Assembly (NCBI GenBank): GCA_046538155.1
Contig: JBKHJL010000009.1
Location: 1 to 31,704, forward strand
Reading direction: 5' to 3'
Source of the DNA: Candidatus Micrarchaeia archaeon
Lineage (GTDB): Archaea; Micrarchaeota; Micrarchaeia; Anstonellales; Bilamarchaeaceae
DNA length: 31,704 bases
Shown piece after piece: positions 26,601-31,704 of the stretch. Below the pieces are notes generated by a model that was not told the DNA's origin, made no database searches, and was given only the letters and a program-made list of their open reading frames with translations. Every line of letters starts with the position of its first letter. Position 1 is the stretch's first letter. Position numbers and translations under genes: made by a program.

Positions 26601-28786
26601 GCTACCAATGGAAGTCAGGGGGACATTTCCCTATGGGGACAGAAGATGACTGTGTTTCCGCTTCTGAAGCATATCTGGTCGTGGAACCAAGGAGGGTAAC
26701 CGTGGACAACGAACCCAGATGGGCATTTGGTAAGTGCCTGGTCAACAGGAGGGGGAACGGGCTGGAACTGAAAGAGTATGGAATCTGCGAATCCTGCGGA
26801 TACCTGACCATGGCCAAGCAGGAAATTACCGCGCTTCCTGAAAACCCGGATGAAGAGCTTGCTCCGCACTCTTATGATAGGGAGGAGATGTATTCCAATC
26901 TCTACTGCCCGGATTTGGTGGTCTCCACTCCACACCCTGTTTACAGCATGAGCAAATATGCAGACGAGAGCGGAATATTTGGGGATTTGGCTCTTGCCCC
27001 CCGGGGAATGTTTGGATATAACTCTTACCAGTTTGGAAGCTCTGTGTGGAGATGGGTTGACGCGTGGCAGTCTTGCGAGTATCCCAATGGAAAAGAGGTT
27101 AATGGGGATACGGGTGTAAACACTGCCAAGCCATATACCAGCCCAAATGCATATTACATCAACAAAAAGCTGGAGAGCCTCATGAAAAGGAATATCCAGC
27201 CAGTTGTATTTGCTACAGATGATTTATTGTGGAGAAAGAATCTCCTGGATGATAATTATGATCTCCTGTATCTTTTTCCTGAAGATAATAAGGCAAACAT
27301 AGACATGGTGCTGGAACTTTTCAGCCTCAGGTCATATCTTTTTGAAGCTGTCGGGGACTGCAGCGGGAGCGATGACCCTTATCCCTGCTCTGATGACAAT
27401 GGGTGGATTTCTTTCCCCGGAAGCTTCCTTGGAAACACAATAATGAACGAGGGGGCCGCGATACTGGTAGTTGCGGAAACGCCAACCGACTGCGGAGCCG
27501 ATTTCGGGTGCTGGTATGGAGGGGGAAGCGACCTGTTCAGGAAAATCCGTTCAAGGGCACTATCCACCCAAATCCTCTGCCCCAACTGCATGGTGTCTGC
27601 TGCAACTGGTTATGGGGCTGCCCCTGGCTCAGCAGTGGGGGAGTTTGACATGGAAGAGCGGCTTAGGGAGATATCCCTTCTTTTCCAGTACACTAAAACA
27701 GATGACCCTGAATATGAAATTCCCTGCAGGGAGCATGATGAGCATTCGGAACTGGATTGCAATGTTGCAATGCTTAACAGCATAGACACTGTAGCGGTCA
27801 ATATGGTGCTGAGGGACGGGGATGAGTACTGTGATATTTCAAAGGAAGAAGAGAGATTTGATTATATTCTTTCTGAAATGTCCTGGCTCGGGAAGATGTC
27901 CCTAAAGAGGTTCGGGAAACCCCTGGTGGTAACAGATTTCACAATAGACCGCTCAGGAAACTGCTGGGATGAAGCTTCTGCAGGAAGATTGATGAATTAC
28001 CTGGGGCAACATACAGAAAACCTGACACAGTCCGGCTACCTTGGGATAATATACGGGGACTGGGAATCCTCTTCATCGGATGCAAAGGGTGTTCGCTTTA
28101 AGACAAATGAGGGAGTTGCCGGTTATCGGGGAGAATTTTTTGAAGGGATGTTTACCGCTTCCAGAAATTTTGCCGGGCATAAGTTTACAATCTTTTACAA
28201 TGAGGTCATGGTTTCGGAGAAGTGCGAGTGCATACCCTGCACCTCTTCCGACCCCCAGGAACTATGCAATGGGCGTTTCAATGGGGATGGACCGCTTTGC
28301 GATGGATATGGCGGGGGCAGCGAGAAATGGCCTGAAATATGCGTAAGGGAAGATATCTGCCAGTTTGTTTCAGACCACCCCCATTCAGAAGGTCTTGCCT
28401 GTAGCATACTATTCAACAACGGGACAGAGGGATACGTGGAAGTGCCGTTTTCAAGCATGGAGAATACCCCCAGCGTATACAGGGATGTTATTGCCTCCCT
28501 TGAAAGCGATGAGCCGCTCTGCTTCCCCACAGCCAATGATACGTACGTAACTTACCTGAAGCGGGAGACTAACGGGTACTCTGCTGCACCTATGGTATTC
28601 CCTACAGATGGGGACCCCGAGGTGCAGTGCGACCCCACAGCAGGGCTCCTTGATTCGTTCTGCGGGTATTATCCCCCGGTAAGCAATTACCGGCTTTCGT
28701 GCAGGGTTACCCATGAGCCGATTGAAATGGAGAACATAATACAACCCCCGGAGATGGCAGATCAGCCATTCGGTCCCATGGATTAG
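23696..28786 (+). CDS. Giant acidic Cys-rich putative lipoprotein/adhesin (1696 aa)
   Basis: LLMG|C lipobox; about 8 tandem Cx5Cx5Cx4C units; no evident internal TM; start overlaps the paralog 6 stop. Confidence 0.8.
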   Translation: MMENRIFVILCAAFLILLMGCAVPTYQFCCYYEDAFPEGDEDPVCRGIDEGGTEQTITGVECDEEELICTWEEDDEVKEAPVCPRIETHPCNTSCMGVFCGNFFYDPRPDPSAIAEDESHKEPSDENEIYDPGEPDEPLGMWNAECQVQNMTSLFLRKVENSDTITLNTFRFGVGDSFQEFEEAQYYFPITDQACELNSGGYVDRYLVYAIPNSVEGGGKLCSLQAVEEETFAEKQSSGISLMGVSLADSCISDADCGENEVCYSGKCYPAVPGMCLSEEDCAEGEVCYEGGCVNPCMFVRCQPDETCVQAQCVPLEPGTECTNDDDCGKRETCLNGYCKTDVFAEHPDECTSNADCGEDEVCFILPWEDYGYCRDPCVGIYCHGGEICVGGSCFQTCEEEADCAFDESCVSGEEGKYCKPLEFSTECELDADCEEDEICSGGFCIDVAVGDEQPKIDKMYVCNANSNIKSTQYFDCASRCALSIYGYGAEVEPYNPYLSIYEGERVGNPFAYAPDRENFPDGYPDFGPGVEFLEYYRDEVGPLRASGSDEYAKGTILYGATFGNPRIVGSDTSDLEDDLLFYQYIANPEEGYPQFLQQGTYSDEGIFLDWDGERAMASFFTVEEDPHQIYPWLLSLHSVYNRQFEEGNILADGSVEGGAEFECLDGTECLSGYCNTFDYKRGACVGVDGSDILCDCKNENGQMVCTGSAGIELNAWDKPSEKVEAPVPLSAPIDVRGNTEVVASLPSFAKVQNVPFGPAGEYAVDFGEGEEDIPAEIPLLIVQVGGGTETTRGYNLASYESLGWGEIGAPYQEPTLRPAALLDPCSAVPGVNWWSVVDENDVEHVYCCDGTETCKMECLIEGCTQMVDVHAYTYGTGKHMPRIIENCIGAEYKKYVHVCYSDDGKDRVGIWGFDTGDGGPLTEHTEDLIIGTPGDYDTGYSFCEYLGHVGLAGGDTSVSNKDRRELRCYQWKSGGHFPMGTEDDCVSASEAYLVVEPRRVTVDNEPRWAFGKCLVNRRGNGLELKEYGICESCGYLTMAKQEITALPENPDEELAPHSYDREEMYSNLYCPDLVVSTPHPVYSMSKYADESGIFGDLALAPRGMFGYNSYQFGSSVWRWVDAWQSCEYPNGKEVNGDTGVNTAKPYTSPNAYYINKKLESLMKRNIQPVVFATDDLLWRKNLLDDNYDLLYLFPEDNKANIDMVLELFSLRSYLFEAVGDCSGSDDPYPCSDDNGWISFPGSFLGNTIMNEGAAILVVAETPTDCGADFGCWYGGGSDLFRKIRSRALSTQILCPNCMVSAATGYGAAPGSAVGEFDMEERLREISLLFQYTKTDDPEYEIPCREHDEHSELDCNVAMLNSIDTVAVNMVLRDGDEYCDISKEEERFDYILSEMSWLGKMSLKRFGKPLVVTDFTIDRSGNCWDEASAGRLMNYLGQHTENLTQSGYLGIIYGDWESSSSDAKGVRFKTNEGVAGYRGEFFEGMFTASRNFAGHKFTIFYNEVMVSEKCECIPCTSSDPQELCNGRFNGDGPLCDGYGGGSEKWPEICVREDICQFVSDHPHSEGLACSILFNNGTEGYVEVPFSSMENTPSVYRDVIASLESDEPLCFPTANDTYVTYLKRETNGYSAAPMVFPTDGDPEVQCDPTAGLLDSFCGYYPPVSNYRLSCRVTHEPIEMENIIQPPEMADQPFGPMD
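24440..25030 (+). repeat. Protein-level tandem Cys repeats (C-x-x-D-x-D-C-x-x-x-E-x-C-x-x-G-x-C)
   Basis: CISDADCGENEVCYSGKC, CLSEEDCAEGEVCYEGGC, CTNDDDCGKRETCLNGYC, CTSNADCGEDEVC, CEEEADCAFDESC, CELDADCEEDEICSGGFC, plus two CxxxxC variants. Confidence 0.9.
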
Positions 28787-28823
28787 TAAAATGATTTAAA
28801 TATGATGAGAGAGAGGTAGAAAC

Positions 28824-31704
28824 ATGGACAGGAAACACCTGGCCGGCGGGGCCATAATAATATTGCTTATACTCGTTTTTCTTTTTGGGGGAGGTGCATT
28901 TGGCCCGGGGGAAGAAGGAGGAGCAGGGGAAGGAGAAGGCGGAATTATTACCTGTGATTCTGATGAGGACTGCCCCGGGGAACAGGAGTGTGTTGCTGGA
29001 ATATGCAAGGAGCCAGGAACCCCGACCTGCGAAGAGGATTCAGATTGTCCAGAAGGGCAGGTTTGCATTGAAGAATTTTGTTTTGAATCTGATGAAATTC
29101 CCTGTGAGGAAACAGTGGACTGCCCCAGCGGATATGAGTGTGTGGAGGGCTTTTGCAAGGAAATTGAACCCGCAGGGCAAGGTCCCTTGTTTTGTAGTTC
29201 AGATGGAGATTGTCCTGATGGAGAAGTCTGCCAGAATAATGCCTGCATGAGTCCGGAGGAAGCGGATTGCGTAGAGCAGGGCGGAGAATGGAATCCGGAG
29301 ACACAGGATTGCACAATTGAATGCAGCGATGATGGAGATTGTCCTGATGGAGAAATCTGCCATGAAGGGGAGTGCATGGACCCTTCGGAAATTCCCTGTG
29401 ACCCCCCTTGTAAAACCGGATGGGTTTGTGTAGAAGGGGAGTGCCTATTACAGGCTGAATTATACAGCCCAAATTCCCAGTTTGGATTTATCCAGGCTGT
29501 TCCAATGTCATATTGCGAAGGGTGCCCCCAGGAGGATTCCATAGTTTCAAACATGTTCCTGGATCCGGATATTGATGAAAAAACAGTCAGTGCTGTGCTC
29601 TTTGTGGAAGAAGAGTTTGGCAACCGCACCCTTGTGGAGGATGCCACCATATTTATCCAGGTTGTTCCTTCGGACGGAAGCGAAACTTCCACCTGCAGGA
29701 TTGTTACAGGTGAAGACGGAAAGGCGATATTTGATTATTCTGAATACGAAATCTGCGATGAAGTGGGGTGCAGGCTTCGCTTTACATTTTGCTGTGCAAA
29801 TATAACAGAGGGATGCCTGCTCCCGGTATGCCTCAGCGATAATGCTATATCGCACTACACTGACGTTTCCCCCTGTGGGGAAGGTCCTGCGGGGGAATGG
29901 CCCGAAGAGGCATATGTAGATGGGGAATTTTTCAATATATATCCTGCGGTCCAGGAGATTTCCATCCCTGCCCAGCCCCAGGTAATCGGAACTGCATTTA
30001 CTTTTGATTTGTGCTTCCCTGTAATGGTTATATTTGCCCTCCTTTCAGCAGCAATGTTTGCAACAGGAAGAAACCCATTCAGGATGTTTTCCCTTTACAC
30101 GCCCAGGTTCAAGAGGGCTCCAATGAGGGCAATCAGGGCAAGGGGAATGACGTTTAATACGACATCTATAATTTCAGGAATAGTCAGTGCATCGCGTGGA
30201 ATTGGAAAAGAAACGTTTGATGTAGGTGATAAAGTTAAGATGCTAAAGGATGGCATGAAGGGATCTAAAAAAACAAAAGATGATGCGGATGAAGCAGGAG
30301 AAGCGGCAAAAGAAGGCAGAGTGGCTATGGCAGATACAAGCGCTGTCCAGACAGTAGGGGAGAGAGGCGATACAAAGGAAGCTGGGAGAGGAGCAAGTGG
30401 AGCTGACTTGGCCCCTGGAGCGCCACAGGGAGTAATGAGCCTGGGGCCGGATACCGAAGGTTTGCATAGGTATGGTTTGATGCCTGATGAAAATGGAAAA
30501 GGACCGGGTGGGGGGAAAGTTTTTGGAACACTGATGGGCATACTGGGAAATGCTATTCTTACAAAAATTCTGACAAGTTCCCCTCTTCTTTCATGGCTTG
30601 CCTACGGTTGGGGGGATTTCAAAGGGGTTACAAGTAGTATTAGGGAAAAGATGTATGATAAGGCAGCATCTGAAGTGATGGAGTGGGCAGGAAATGCGCT
30701 GGCTAGATTAGAATTCGAGCGTAAAACAGATCCGGAAACAGGGGAAATAGTTATAACGCATGTTGATCCTGCATCAGGTCAAAGGATGGAGAGGCGTTTT
30801 GACCAGACTGTGGAAGGCAGGGGGGAAGCAGCTAAGTATACATCAGAGATTGGCGTGACTCCGACACTTATTATTTATAACAACTCTGCCAATATTGTCC
30901 TAAAGCAACTTTCTGAAGAGGGAAGCCCTTTACTTGAGGGATGTGAAAACGCAGTTGAGCAGATGCAGGAAAAGTTTGGGGTATCAGTAGGTGAGGAGAT
31001 AAGTTATACCAGCGCCAGTGTGGAGTTGGACCATCCGGAGATTTCTGAGGGAGATGTCCCCGGATTAATCCTGCGTGCAGAAGATTTACAGGAAGGTGGA
31101 GGCACAAATTTATTTGATGAAGAAGCGACAACAGAATGGGTCATGGGATTACAAACGCGTGCAATAGCCGGGGAAGAAATACCACAATCAGAGTTGCGTC
31201 TTGCTGCAGAAGTTTATCGAAAAGGGATTGATGAACTGGGCAGTGGGGGACTGATTGAACACTCAAACCTTGCTCACTTAGGGCACGTGCTCGTTGATGC
31301 CACAGCTAACACGGGCATGGGAACCGAAATTCCATCACCGGATAGTCTTGCTTTTGCTGAGTATGCACAGGCGATGGTTGCTTCCACTGCCGCCGGAACC
31401 GATCCCGCACTTACCCAAAAGGCTCTTGGTACTTTGTCAAATACTCATGAAAGTGCTGGAGCCATGATTGGAGAGTCGCTTTATGGAGTAGGGGAACTGG
31501 AGCCCCATGTGCTCAAAAATATAGAAGAATGTTTTTCCGGAGAAGCTGATCCTGCAAAATATGGCGCTGCATTAGATGCCCAGCGGGAATCCCAGCAGCT
31601 AATAGAAGCACAGGCAAGGGACCTTGTGTATGCCGGAGTCACGAAAAAAGGACCGGAAGGAAGAGAAGAGATTTATGATGATGGAAGCATTTACCATGTT
31701 ATCC
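28824..31704 (+). CDS. Large membrane-anchored protein: Cys-repeat ectodomain, TM helix, long cytoplasmic region; 3' end runs off the window
   Basis: Manually translated, absent from the ORF track. SD GAGGT, then ATG 28824: MDRKHLAGGAIIILLILVFLFGG...CDSDEDCPGEQECVAGIC...LCFPVMVIFALLSAAMFATGRNPFRMFSLYTPRFKR... Open to the window end (at least 960 codons). Confidence 0.88.
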   Translation, partial: MDRKHLAGGAIIILLILVFLFGGGAFGPGEEGGAGEGEGGIITCDSDEDCPGEQECVAGICKEPGTPTCEEDSDCPEGQVCIEEFCFESDEIPCEETVDCPSGYECVEGFCKEIEPAGQGPLFCSSDGDCPDGEVCQNNACMSPEEADCVEQGGEWNPETQDCTIECSDDGDCPDGEICHEGECMDPSEIPCDPPCKTGWVCVEGECLLQAELYSPNSQFGFIQAVPMSYCEGCPQEDSIVSNMFLDPDIDEKTVSAVLFVEEEFGNRTLVEDATIFIQVVPSDGSETSTCRIVTGEDGKAIFDYSEYEICDEVGCRLRFTFCCANITEGCLLPVCLSDNAISHYTDVSPCGEGPAGEWPEEAYVDGEFFNIYPAVQEISIPAQPQVIGTAFTFDLCFPVMVIFALLSAAMFATGRNPFRMFSLYTPRFKRAPMRAIRARGMTFNTTSIISGIVSASRGIGKETFDVGDKVKMLKDGMKGSKKTKDDADEAGEAAKEGRVAMADTSAVQTVGERGDTKEAGRGASGADLAPGAPQGVMSLGPDTEGLHRYGLMPDENGKGPGGGKVFGTLMGILGNAILTKILTSSPLLSWLAYGWGDFKGVTSSIREKMYDKAASEVMEWAGNALARLEFERKTDPETGEIVITHVDPASGQRMERRFDQTVEGRGEAAKYTSEIGVTPTLIIYNNSANIVLKQLSEEGSPLLEGCENAVEQMQEKFGVSVGEEISYTSASVELDHPEISEGDVPGLILRAEDLQEGGGTNLFDEEATTEWVMGLQTRAIAGEEIPQSELRLAAEVYRKGIDELGSGGLIEHSNLAHLGHVLVDATANTGMGTEIPSPDSLAFAEYAQAMVASTAAGTDPALTQKALGTLSNTHESAGAMIGESLYGVGELEPHVLKNIEECFSGEADPAKYGAALDAQRESQQLIEAQARDLVYAGVTKKGPEGREEIYDDGSIYHVI
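29202..29362 (+). repeat. 32-bp direct repeat (29202-29233 and 29331-29362, one mismatch) within the Cys repeats
   Basis: GATGGAGATTGTCCTGATGGAGAA(G/A)TCTGCCA, encoding DGDCPDGE(V/I)C twice. Confidence 0.9.

Noticed and set aside
24440..29450. CRISPR array or DNA tandem repeat
   Set aside because: The repeats are in-frame, degenerate protein-level Cys motifs with no constant repeat/unique spacer pattern.
28796..29692. 298-aa minus-strand ORF
   Set aside because: Antisense shadow (Ser/Gln-rich) of the plus-strand Cys-repeat gene starting at 28824.
16034..31704. Integrated conjugative element or provirus
   Set aside because: No integrase, relaxase, coupling protein, att/tRNA site or capsid gene is visible, and the related genes are interleaved with housekeeping genes. 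The right boundary is outside the window, so this is not fully excluded.

Overview
Archaeal chromosomal window, probably DPANN (Micrarchaeota-like; inferred from gene content only). Left part, housekeeping: partial GT2 glycosyltransferase, XPD/Rad3 Fe-S helicase, RFC large subunit, a small two-repeat basic protein, rps6e, and aIF2-gamma, which has no canonical start codon upstream of its conserved N-terminus and appears to begin at CTG. Middle: two VirB2/TrbC/CedA1-like pilin genes identical over 365 bp, four class III (type IV pilin-like) signal-peptide genes, an AlaA-like aminotransferase, a membrane-anchored double-AAA (CDC48-like) ATPase with a 495-aa LAGLIDADG intein, and a minus-strand three-gene unit. 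Right part (16034 to the window end): a tightly coupled operon of six paralogous CedA/VirB6-like membrane proteins, a 1696-aa Cys-rich lipoprotein, and a Cys-rich membrane-anchored protein of at least 960 aa that the ORF track missed. The best candidate for an undescribed system is this expanded Ced/T4SS-like membrane apparatus with its pilins, adhesins and possible membrane AAA motor. No VirB4/CedB ATPase, relaxase, integrase, CRISPR array, tRNA or rRNA was seen. All family calls come from reading motifs by eye; no searches were run.
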